Shown here: positions 53,583 through 64,000 of the stretch, one piece after another | Position numbering within the stretch: the stretch's first letter is position 1 | How the letters are laid out: each line of letters opens with the position of its first letter | Assembly: GCF_001194135.2 (NCBI RefSeq) | Contig: NC_068999.1 | Coordinates: 32,445,920 to 32,509,919 of the forward strand | From: Octopus bimaculoides | Lineage: Eukaryota | Direction: 5' to 3' | Length of the DNA: 64,000 nucleotides | The notes under the pieces: generated by a model | Database searches by the model: none | The model's input: the letters and a program-made list of their open reading frames with translations, nothing else | Told to the model about the DNA's origin: nothing | Position numbers and translations under genes: made by a program

Positions 53583-54462
53583 ACAGGTGTAGCAGTGTGG
53601 TAAGAAACTTGCTTCCCAACCACATGGTTCTGGGTCCAGTCCCTCTGCGTGGCACCTTGGGCAAGTGTCTTCTACTATAGCCTGAGGCCAACCAAAGCCT
53701 TGTGAGTGGATGTGGTAGATGGAAACTGAAAGAAGCTTATTGTGTGTGTATACACAGTTAAAAGAAGAGAAGAAAATGGATATTAGGAAGTTATTAAATT
53801 GGTCATCTTTGCTTCTTACAACTGTTTCAGTTAATACTCAATAATTTAATTGCTAATTTGTACATTAAATTTGCATTGATGTGGCATGAGCATAATTTCA
53901 TCAGAGAATAAAGATGTATCTTGAGATGTTACATGCAGACCTATCAATGAATTTCAGTGAGGAAATGGATAGGCCCACATATAACATCTCAAGGTACATC
54001 GTTTTTCTCTGATGAAATTATGCTCATGTCACATAAATGCAAATTTAACATACAAATTTGTAATTAAATTATTGAGTATTAATTGAAATGGTTGTAAGAA
54101 ACGAAGATTACCAAGTTGTTAATAATAAATAATTTACTTCCTAATCTCCATTTTCTTCTTTTAACTAGATGCAAATTATATGCTTAATATACACCTATTG
54201 TTTTAAGGGAATTTCATTCCCCAACAATACTAGGTATTGAACCAGTATTTCCTTGGATGCAACTATCTCTTCATGAGGTTAATATATCCTCCAGTTAAAT
54301 TTATATACGTGTCTTTGTGTCTGTTTGTCCACGCTCACCATCGCTTGACAGTTGATGTTGTGTTTACATCCCTGTAACTTAGCAGTTTAGCAAAAGAAAC
54401 TGACAGAATAAGTACTAGACTTACAAAGAATAAGTCTTGGAGTCGATTTGTTTGACTAAAGT
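53583..54462 (+). mobile_element. SINE S1 split into a 5' half (53583-53752) and a 3' half (54305-54462) by a ~550-bp insertion
   Basis: The two halves rejoin to the family consensus across the internal microsatellite. Confidence 0.85.
53756..54166. mobile_element. ~410-bp imperfect palindrome (foldback-like) inside the SINE
   Basis: agttaaaagaagagaagaaaatggatattaggaagt ... acttcctaatctccattttcttcttttaact; the arms align along their length around a centre at ~53960. Confidence 0.85.
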
Positions 54463-54479
54463 TTTTATGAGTAGCTGGC

Positions 54480-56190
54480 CTTAAACTCCTCTTTAATGGC
54501 AATAGGATAATAAACTGCATTTCATTTTAGATAATAGCTTTCCTGATCAATTATTCTATAACACTTTTTGCTACTTTCATAACTTGGTGCACACCACTGT
54601 AGATCTTACTCTCTAAAACATCTCCTTTGCTTCTGAGATTGTTGTTGATGATACTCTTATGCCAGTCTCTTGGCATGAAGTTTCCTTTGAGTTATGAACA
54701 CTATCCTTACTAGTTTTATCCTTTTGATAACATCCTCATTGGACACCATCGTATCATCCTTAAGTATGCTTTTGACTAAGTAGCTGTCAACTTCAATTGC
54801 TGGTCTCTTTTAAATATACTTTTAGAAATGTTTTCTCTGATGCTGTTGTGTCTAAGCAGAGTCATTATGCCAATATGATTAACACACACTATGGTTCAAT
54901 TCCACTCCTCTTTATTATTAGTCAGTTGGTTAAATATCCAGCTAATTTGTTCTGTTTTTGTTTGTCAAAGCTTATTTGTTGCTACTTGCTGATACAAAAA
55001 CAAAACAGAATATTTTCTCTGATGTGTTCTCTACATTCAACAACCCCTTGAAATAAGATTGCCTAGCTTCTTCCTTCTAGCTTTCGTGCTGCTGTCATTC
55101 TACACACACTTTTCTCCCACAGTGGGATTTACACTGACACAGTGATTTGAAATCCAGAACACACCACACATCTCATCACAGAATATTGGTAGACCTCTTT
55201 CACCTTCATTCTAAGCTACTATCTAGCTGATACTGTATTTCTGTTTTAGCTACTTGATATATTGTTCCTGGTTTCCCTCTTTGTTTTAATGTTTACAGAC
55301 CTGTCTTTTAGCTTTTATGGCTCTCTCTGCAATTCCATTCCATCACTTCTCTCAGTTTGGTACCTTGCTCCATCCACAAATCTAATCACAGCAGTTTGTC
55401 TTGAAGCAGCCAGTGGTTTTCTATGTTATATGTCTCTATTGTCTCCTACTTCTCATAATATGTGTCCTCTAGAACCTCTCTGATGGATCTTTCAACTTTC
55501 ATACCATCTTTCTCTTGATTGATTTATATTTCTGAATCTCTGTAGCTCTTAATCTGAAGTCATAAATCACTTTTCCGTTGAGTGACACATACTTCAGTTA
55601 AGAAAGATTTAGTATTCACAACCATCTCTGTCCTGTTTCCCAGAGGGACTGGCTTGTGTGTCTTTGTTTATTCATCTGATTAGTATGTGATGCAGTTGAC
55701 CAATTTCCTGAAATTAGTGTTACAGATGTTTAGATCATTTGCATCACGGAGCTCCAGAAGCCTTAACTGCTTTTCATTCTTTGCACAATACGAAGTCTCC
55801 ATGTACACTGGAGTAACCACTACAATACATCCATTAGAGTCATATAGCCATGATAAAAGAGGTCATTCTTGTTCATTACCAAATTGATCTGCAGATTTTG
55901 TCTGTCAGTCCTGATTGTGGTACATCTGCAGAGGTGATTGTTTTCATGTTGTTTATGACTAATAAAAATTTCTCACTCTGGCTATCTCAGTTACTATATG
56001 TATCTGTTTCTTGAATGCTTGCTCTACTCATCCCATGTTGTTACCCTTGCAAAAGACGTTGTACTATGCTCTTTGCATGTGAGAAATCTGTCTGAGGCTC
56101 CCTCTGTCTAACTTTTTGCACATAGCCCACATCTACTTGCCTCCACTCAAGCATCATTTTAATCTCTATAGACCTACGTTTCATTGATGG
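54480..56190 (-). mobile_element. Old RTE LINE remnant (APE endonuclease to start of RT)
   Basis: Broken minus frames give RLLELRDANDLNICNTNFRK..ITY, VCVTQ, KLKDP, VGEKCV, GLLNVEN and PRDWHKSII..KGDVL..VMKV..LIR..NEMQF, colinear with an RTE ORF and homologous to 63607-64000. Confidence 0.75.
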
Positions 56191-56862
56191 TGGTAGCCCT
56201 GATCTTTTCTATCTGATGGAAAGTGGTGTGGGATGGGGATCTGGTGGTGTGTAGATTCTTGTTTGATGTCTGTTTTCTGCATCTATAAAGAAGAGATTGT
56301 GTGATCATTGGATTACAGTTAAGGGCTTTCAACATGGTAGTGAGGTGGAAACATCTGGCCATGTGCAACACTAACATGGCAAATATTAGTCCTGTATACT
56401 CAAATAAGGATTTTCTCTGTATCTGTGGTGGTCATAATTATGGCATGGTCTTTACTGGCTCAATGCCCAACCTGTCACAAACACTTCACTATCAAGATTT
56501 CATGTGTCTTATTGTACCACCAATACTAAAATGATTGGTGCTGTATTTTATCAATTCCATAAGGACGGAAGGCAAAATTAACCTCTGCAAGATTCAAACT
56601 CATAAATATAAAGAGCTGCTTAGCAGTATTTCTTCTGACACTTTAGGTTCTGACAACAATGACTAGTAACCATTTATCAGCTGCTGACATTGTTCTAGAT
56701 CAGTGATACAGAGGAAAGATAGCAAATTTTGTTATAGTCAAGTTACCATATTTAGTTAGATTAAAAATGTCATCTTGACTAAAAATTATTTCTCTTTTGT
56801 CAAAGTCATTTGAAGAGTCAAACAGAGAATGGGGAAGACAGGGGTTGAGAAAAGTGTGAGGT

Positions 56863-57220
56863 GCAGCTGTGTCTGTATGGTAAGAAGTTTGCTTCTCAGC
56901 TACATAGTTCTGGGTTCAGTCCCACTGTGTAGCACCTATGGCAAGTGTCTTCTACTCCAGCCTTGGGCAATCCAAAGTCTTGTGAGTGAATTTAGTTGAT
57001 GGAAACTGAAAGAAGACTGTTGTGTGTGTGTGTTTATCCCCCATCACTGCTTGACAACCAATGTTGGTTTGTTTACATCTCTTAGTGGTTTGGCAAAAAG
57101 AGACTGACAGTACAAGTACCAGGCTTAAAAGAAAAAACTAAGTACTGGGGTTGATTTATTTGACTAAAAGTTTTTGAAGGTGGTGCCCTAGCATGGCCAC
57201 TGTCTAACAATTGAAACAGA
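56863..57220 (+). mobile_element. SINE family S1
   Basis: Family head, centre and tail. Confidence 0.85.
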
Positions 57221-57284
57221 ATTTAAAAAATGCTTTGGATGTACTCACCATCTGGAGTGTAATGTGTATGGCTGTCATCAGGTT

Positions 57285-57630
57285 CAGGCATGGCTGTGTG
57301 GTTAAGAAGATCACTTTGCAATCATGTGGCTTGGGGTTGAGTTCTACTGCAAAGCACCTTAGGCAAGAGTCTTCTATGATATCCTTGGGTCAGTGAATCT
57401 GGTTGATGGAAACCGTGTGGAAACCCATTATATGTGTATGTTTGTTTCTCTCCTCCCCCACTATCTAACAACTGGTGTTTGTTTGTTTTACACCCTGTAA
57501 CTTATTCTATCAGTCTCTTTTGCTGAATTGCTAAGTACCAGGCTTAAAGAAATAAGTACTGGGGCTGATTTGATTGGCCAAACTCTTCATGGCTGCAGTC
57601 CAATGGCTGAAACAAAGTAAAAGATTAAAG
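57285..57630 (+). mobile_element. SINE family S1 variant with internal micro-inversion
   Basis: Family head and tail; 57501-57535 is the reverse complement of the consensus segment. Confidence 0.8.
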
Positions 57631-58129
57631 ATAGATGATGTTTTGGCTGTAATCTCCATGTGGGGTGAATCATCTGTATATGTTGTTATTATTAACAATG
57701 TATCTTGAAGTGAATTCAGTTATAAAAAGAACAATATACTATACATTGAAGTAAAAATCTGCCTCTGAACTAAGATTACAGTGTTTAATTTAATGGAAAA
57801 ATACCTGGAGGCTACTTTACTCTAAAATGGTAGTATGTCTGCCTAACTTACAGAAGATACATGGTTCACATCCTGCAGACAGCTTTTCTACTTTTTCTCC
57901 ATCGAAAAGGTTTTTAAGTCAATGCTCTATAAGTTGTTATTCACAGCTGAATTTGCTTTTGGACACATTATTAATAATTACTTTACATATTTCTTGATGT
58001 TTCTACATTTGCATTCTAAAACACGTGCTTATGTACACACATGCATACATACACAGACACACTTGCATGCATGCACACAATTCATATCTTTAACTTATTT
58101 ATGCAGTATCTGCTTTAGGTCTTACACAA

Positions 58130-58300
58130 CAGGTTATGTCTGCTACAGGCATTAGATAATGAGTTGTGTCTGGTACAGGCCATGAATAATGTGGTGTATC
58201 TGAAATATACCTCAGATAATGGGTGATAGATAATAAGTTATGTCTGCTACATACCCTAGTTAATAATTTATGTCCATTACATACCTGAGATAATGATTTG
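58130..58300. repeat. Degenerate ~30-bp minisatellite
   Basis: Recurring gataatgagttatgtctgctacatacc-like units. Confidence 0.65.
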
Positions 58301-58859
58301 TGTCAGCCATTCTCAAACTTTTGGCACTTTCCCCCCTCCCTGCATAGGAGCTCTGCATAGATTCCAGTGCCTCATCCTTTGTCAGACAAAGAAACAACAT
58401 TAAAAGATAGAAAATAATTTATTTTTGAACACAAATAAATGAACCTCCCAACAAAGTATACATAACCAACATAGAAAATGGTGAAGGTTTTGATTGCTAC
58501 TGCTGTATACTAAGGTGAGGTAGTTTTCTAAGAGAAACTGTCTTCAATATTTTGTGACACTCTTGGGGCACCATATTTTCTTTCATGTCTGATATACCGA
58601 ATGGAAGGAGATTCATTGATGCTAAGGTAGATATATTTAATCTGACAGATGTCTTTCAAAACTTCAGTTTGTTAGATACAGCAATTGCAGAGCAAAAACA
58701 GCAGTCTGATAGAAAGTAAGGATGCAATTGTTTTTTTCCTTAAGAAACGCAAAGTGAATTGACACAACATATAACATTTGGAATTTTCACAATTTCAAAA
58801 TCAGGAAACAATTACTGAGATATTGAAGGACAGTGACCTCATCATGTATGTGAATTATC

Positions 58860-59084
58860 TTAACCTTTTAGCATTCAAATTACTCTGTCAAATACAATGC
58901 TTATTCATTCACATTGTTTTGAATTATTCATGTACTATCTTGTAGCTTTGAGACTTCAATGATGTGATTATGTAATTTTACAATGACATTATAGGGTAGG
59001 TTTAAGAAGCTGGACATGGCCAGTTTGGACATAAAAACAGATTATTTGGGTCAGATATATCTGGTTTAAATGCTAAAGGGTTAA
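58860..59084 (+). mobile_element. TTAA MITE family A
   Basis: ttaa-ccttttagcattcaaattactc...tttaaatgctaaaggg-ttaa. Confidence 0.9.
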
Positions 59085-59124
59085 ACAGATACACAAATAT
59101 ATGCGGCAAACATTTGATGATGTT

Positions 59125-59325
59125 TTAACCATTTAGCATCTAAACTGGTCATGTCAGGCCCAAATATTCTGTTTGTTTTTTGCTGATCATGTTCAAAATC
59201 TGGCCTCTCAACCTACTCTGTCATTCTAAGAATAACCAAGTTACACCATGAATGTCTCAAAACTGAAAACAATGTGAATAAGTAAGATTTACATTGACAA
59301 AATAATGTGGATGCTAAAGGGTTAA
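59125..59325 (-). mobile_element. TTAA MITE family A, opposite orientation
   Basis: ttaa-ccatttagcatctaaactgg...gtggatgctaaaggg-ttaa. Confidence 0.85.
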
Positions 59326-60404
59326 ACTTAAGTATCTTGGATTGAATTTTGAATCCCTCTAAAGTTGAAACTACACAATTTCAGGCAGAAATTCAAGAGC
59401 ATTTGATTGATATCCAGACTGATATCATTGCAATCCATCAGTTTGATCTTTTTTCATAAAGATATTTGAATCAAAAGTAATCTATCAAATAAATTCCCAA
59501 TACTGGGGAGGAAAAAGTCCGAATGTTTTTCATAGCATTTCCTTCAACATATTTGGTTGAGTGCAAATTTAATAACCTATTTGCCTTAACCAAATCAAAG
59601 AACAGACTTAACATTGACTCAAAAAGTGACTTCCAACTGTCCTTACCTAACCTGGAACCCAACATCATAAAACTTGTCACAATACACCAACCTCATAGAT
59701 TTCATAAGTCATAAAAAATATTAGATCTTTAATTTCAATTGGTTCTGGTTATAACTTTGTCAAAAAGTTCATTTATTTGTTTTCAATAATAAATTATTTT
59801 CTATCTTTTGATGATGCTTCTTTGTTTGATGAAATGTGGGACCTAGAGTCTCAAGTAGAGCTCCTAAGTATGGGTGGTTTAGATAAATGATTTGTGACTG
59901 CTTCAGGCCTTAGATAATACAAATAAGATCTTTGTGGTTTTCGTCATTGTTTACAATTATCTTTAACAATATTCTTTAATGTATCATATCGATGTAAATT
60001 TTGACGCTGAATCTGAATTTGATATTCATTTATTCCAGAAAAAGTTTGCAAAAATGTTACAGGTGTTCAAAGTTTGATCATTTTCAGAATATCAGAAAGC
60101 AGCACATTCACTGCCTCTTCCATCATCAAGGNNNNNNNNNNNNNNNNNNNNNNNNNNNNNNNNNNNNNNNNNNNNNNNNNNNNNNNNNNNNNNNNNNNNN
60201 NNNNNNNNNNNNNNNNNNNNNNNNNNNNNNNNNNNNNNNNNNNNNNNNNNNNNNNNNNNNNNNNNNNNNNNNNNNNNNNNNNNNNNNNNNNNNNNNNNNN
60301 NNNNNNNNNNNNNNNNNNNNNNNNNNNNNNNNCCGTAGGCTAATTGTAGTGTTTTATATATAAATATGGATGGTAAATCAAATTAATACACTTGTCAATG
60401 TTCA

Positions 60405-60428
60405 CATACATGCACACACACACGCATG

Positions 60429-60496
<68 letters not shown>
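60405..60496. repeat. (CA)n microsatellite
   Basis: Directly visible. Confidence 0.95.
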
Positions 60497-60500
<4 letters not shown>

Positions 60501-61884
60501 TGTAATGCTGTTTCATTTTTCTTTTCAACATTGAATGTTCACCTTCCCACCAGTTTGCCATCACTCCTTCCTCCCTTATTCATCTATCACCCCTTCCTTT
60601 CTCGTTTATATGTTGTGATGGAGAAAAACACAAGAGTATTATTATAGTAGATTATCTTTCTCACATCTCCTCCACCTAGTGTGCATGCGCAGCATCTTTG
60701 GTTACTATGGAAACAGCTTTTTGCCACAGTAATGTGTAAAATACTCGATTCTGATTGACTAAAATACCCAAATTTTGCAAATTTTTAAAGCTAATAACTT
60801 TTTTAATTTATAGGAAAAATGAACTTCATTTTCATAATTAGTATACAAAACTTACTTCATATACCAAATTTGAATACAATTGGAACAAAATTATAAACAG
60901 TGATGAAAACCACAAAGATCCTACAAATCATATATCTGTGTGTTTGCTACAGGTCTTAGTTAATTCAAATCATATATCACTTTTGTTTAATAAAGCAACT
61001 CTTCTAATGGTGAGAGAGAGAGAGAAACACACACACACAAAACTAATACCAAATACTTTCTATTTCTGTAACCTTAAAGCATGTACAGTAAAATAGTTGA
61101 GTGAGTAAGGTATTTAATTACAAGTAATGGGTTCAAACACTCAAGTGTTTTGTTGTATATTTTAAAGAGTACAGCTAAATGGTTTGTTTTGGGTGCATGA
61201 GAGTCAAAAATAGGCATCAAATCATCTGAGAATGTCATCTGAAATAGACTGTCTTTCTGTCCACGAGTCAATTTTTCTCACATTTTTTTATTAATAACAA
61301 GAGTATACACTATTGTCTATTTAAAACTCTTTCAGTCTTGAAGAGATTTTGACATTAAATTTAATTCACTGTGGGGAGGGTTTGTGACTAGAGAAAAAGA
61401 CTTCACTGAGAGAGGGAGATGTCAGACAGACAGACAAATTGGTATATGTTGATGATGTAACATTTATTTTGAGGATATGATGGCAACCTTTAACTGGAAC
61501 TTTTCAGAAGAAATCAGGAATAATTGACAGTTTATGGAGTGGTGTGGGTGAAGATTTATAACAGAAGTAAATATTTAAGAGACATTTGAAATGGAAGGTC
61601 AGATGGCTACAACTGGGTATTTTTTGTTGATATCAGCAGGAATAATTTTAGTTTGTTTAAATCCACTAAACAGATTATCTTCTGCCATAGAACAGGACAT
61701 CAAAAGGTTAACTAAGCTCACACAAAAAACCCCCCAAAAAACAATGACAGGTTTAACACTAAACAAGTCACACTTCAAAAAGTAATGCTTCATGATGACA
61801 ATAGTAGTAATAATAATAATAACAATAATAATTTCTTTTGTTTGCCTCAGAGATTTCAAATGTGAGAATTGCAAAAACAGTTTG

Positions 61885-62075
61885 CGTCATCATTGTCATC
61901 ATCATTTAACATCCATTTTCCATGCTGGTATGGGTTGGACAGAGCTGGCCAGCTGGAAAACTACTCCAGGCTCCAATTGTTCATTTTTAGCAGGGTTTCT
62001 TTGGCTGGCTGCCCTTCATAATGCCACCCACTTTACAGAGTGGACTGGGTGCTTTTTACATGGCACCAGCACAGA
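61885..62075 (-). mobile_element. RTE-type LINE 3' UTR fragment
   Basis: catcatcatttaacatccattttccatgctggtatgggttggac...gggtgctttttacatggcaccagc. Confidence 0.8.
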
Positions 62076-63174
62076 TAGGGGTTACCAAATTGGATGAGAA
62101 CAACAAAAAAGAGAGGAGTGAAATGAGACGGAAATTATACATAATGTATAAAATACATGAATATTATACATGGATGATACAGTCCTCCTGCATGGGAAAA
62201 CTTTCATCTAAGGCCAGTCAAAAAACCTAACAGATTCAAGATCACTCTCATCACCAAGGGCATGAGCCTTGTATTATTTCTATTGATTTATTTTAAGTTT
62301 AGCTCTAGCTGAATGCACAACTTGGTTATAATTTCTCCTCTTAAAACTGTTTCAATTATTGTTTAGCGATATTGTCAATGCTTTTGGAAAAAAGCATGAA
62401 CGTCTCCTAATTTCATTGTCTGTCCTCTGCCAGTGTAATACATTATAGGACTTGGTGAGTAAATTTCACAACCCTAATATAGCTTCATGATGAAGTTACA
62501 ACCTGACAATAAGTCTGTATAGTTGTTCATGTCTGAAATATATTTACTTCAGTGGAAATATACTTAGTCCAGTGGTTATATATTTACTCTAGTAAAAGTA
62601 AATACTCTGAAATCGGTGTCAAATATTAATTAGCAATAATATTTAATAATCAATATAATTGCATTAACTTACAAGAAATCCAAGGTGCCAACATGTCACA
62701 CATTCATTGAATGACAATTTTTTTTCCTTTTTTATGAAAATATTGAATGTGAAACTAATAGTGCTGACTGTATATGACAGTCAAAAACAGTAATTTAAGT
62801 GTATAATAAGCAACCTTGTTCACTTCAATTGTGTTCCTGGAGAAGAGTGAAGTATTGCTACTAGTGATTGTGTAGCTTGGATATACCCCAATACTGATAC
62901 TGTTACCCAGCCTTAAGTTTTGCTACCACTTGAGATGCTGTGTGATATATCAGAGAGAAGGAGGGAGGGAGGGAGGGAGAGAGTTTGGTTAAACAAGATA
63001 AATAGAACTCAGTACATGAGTTTACATTGTATTATTTTCATTGGCAAAAATAAGTAACTAAAGGTCTGAAAATCTCAGGCATATTGTGCATGAAACACCT
63101 GGCCCTTTGAAACCAGAAGTCACTTTGTAACTTCTGCCAATCACTAATAATAATACTATATTATTATTATTATT

Positions 63175-63372
63175 AGGTAAGGTGTCAAGCTAGTAGAATC
63201 AGGAGAGCTGGCAAAATGCTTAGCGGTATTTTGTCTGTCTTTATGTTGTAAGTTTAAATTCACTGAGGTTAACTTTGCCTTTCATCCTTTCAGAGTCGAT
63301 AAAATAAGTACCAGTTGAGCACCGTGGTCTATGTAATCAACTTATCCCTTCCCTTGAAACTGCTGGTCTTTT
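63175..63372 (+). mobile_element. SINE family S2
   Basis: gcaaaatgcttagcggtattttgtctgtcttt...ctttgcctttcatcctttcagagtcgataaaataagtaccagttgagcac. Confidence 0.85.
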
Positions 63373-63606
63373 ATGCTTGTACGAGAAGTGGAGTGATTGT
63401 GACTTTGAAGTTCCAACCAACTATCCTTCATCAGATTGTCTGATGGTGGGTAGCAAGGGGAGTTTCAAATTCATTCTCTCTCCTTTTCTTGTAAACATGT
63501 ATTGCATAAAAAGTACTGAGTAATTATTTAGTTTTTTATTATCACTTAACACAAAAGAACAATTATTAATAAATAAAGTAATTATATATATATATATATT
63601 ATATAA

Positions 63607-64000
63607 AGACAGTGTAGGAGAGAGAATAGTGATGTTGTAGGAGAGAAATGTGTTCGCATGGATGATGGTACGCTTGCACTAAATGAGGATGCAAAGAAAG
63701 AGGTCTGGAGATGCCACTACGATAGATTGCTTAATAAAGAGAATGAATGGGAGGAAGAGAGCCTGCCGTATGTCGACCCAATAGAGGGACCAGCTATCCG
63801 AGTTGATAGTACCGGGGTAGATAAAGCAATTAAGAGTATGAAGACCGGGAAAGCCCCCGGCCCATCAGGAATCACTGCAGAAATGCTCAAAATATCTGGC
63901 AGTGTTGGCTATAGCCTAGTCAACCGTATTACGAACCAGGTGATACACGAAGGAGTCATACCCAATGACTGGTGTAGCAGCATCATAGTCAACTGCTACA
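63607..64000 (+). mobile_element. Young 5'-truncated RTE LINE, open frame running off the window (start of the RT domain)
   Basis: Stop-free frame RQCRRENSDVVGEKCVRMDDGTLALNEDAKKEVWRCHYDRLLNKENEW...KAIKSMKTGKAPGPSGITAEMLK...IPNDWCSSIIVNCY. It has many intact CpGs and begins immediately after a (TA)n tract. Confidence 0.92.

Larger units (their letters stand above)
58305..59714 (+). pseudogene. hAT (Buster/Charlie-like) transposase C-terminal remnant, interrupted by two MITEs
   Basis: LLLLYTKVR*FSKRNCLQYF (HTEVRWLSKG-like), KVDIFNLTDVF, SLIESKDAIVFF, EFSQF, DSDLIMYV, QEHLIDIQTD and IAFPSTYLVECKF..LTKSKNRLNI..LPNLEPNIIKLVTIHQPHRFH (hAT dimerisation domain). A TIR-like cagccattctcaaacttt lies at 58305. 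Confidence 0.85.

Noticed and set aside
44412-57880. Further minus-strand exon candidates (44412-44441, ~45566-45635, ~57250, ~57855)
   Set aside because: Splice signals are weaker or frames ambiguous and could not be tied reliably to the five-exon chain.
58130-58300. Periodic ~30-40-bp repeats as a possible CRISPR array (also 12740-12900)
   Set aside because: No invariant repeat with unique spacers, no cas genes, and a eukaryotic context.
58649-58715. Apparent plus-strand host exon DVFQNFSLLDTAIAEQKQQSDRK with ag/gtaagg borders
   Set aside because: The flanking frames show it is part of the decayed hAT transposase.

Overview
This is AT-rich animal genomic DNA from a gapped short-read scaffold with six N-gaps. 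The SINE, LINE and MITE content and the abundant (TA)n/(CA)n microsatellites resemble octopus (coleoid cephalopod) genomes; this is my recognition, not a database result. The window is mostly intronic or intergenic and filled with mobile DNA. Retroelements: at least four tRNA-derived SINE families, RTE-clade LINE pieces (one young with an open frame at the right edge, one old EN-RT remnant, many 3' ends) and a decayed R4/Dong-type retrotransposon with a restriction-like endonuclease. DNA elements: two TTAA-flanked piggyBac-like MITE families (14 copies), a 560-bp foldback element with an exact 8-bp TSD, two large AT-rich palindromes, a hAT MITE, a hAT/Buster-like transposase remnant, a complete non-autonomous Helitron and a Helitron helicase remnant. 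The best host-gene signal is a chain of five small phase-compatible exons on the minus strand (42092 to 16091) that could encode the C-terminus of a protein I cannot identify. There is no CRISPR array, rRNA or genuine tRNA gene, and I found nothing I can firmly call a new biological system. The findings are leads, and all exon calls are manual and unverified.
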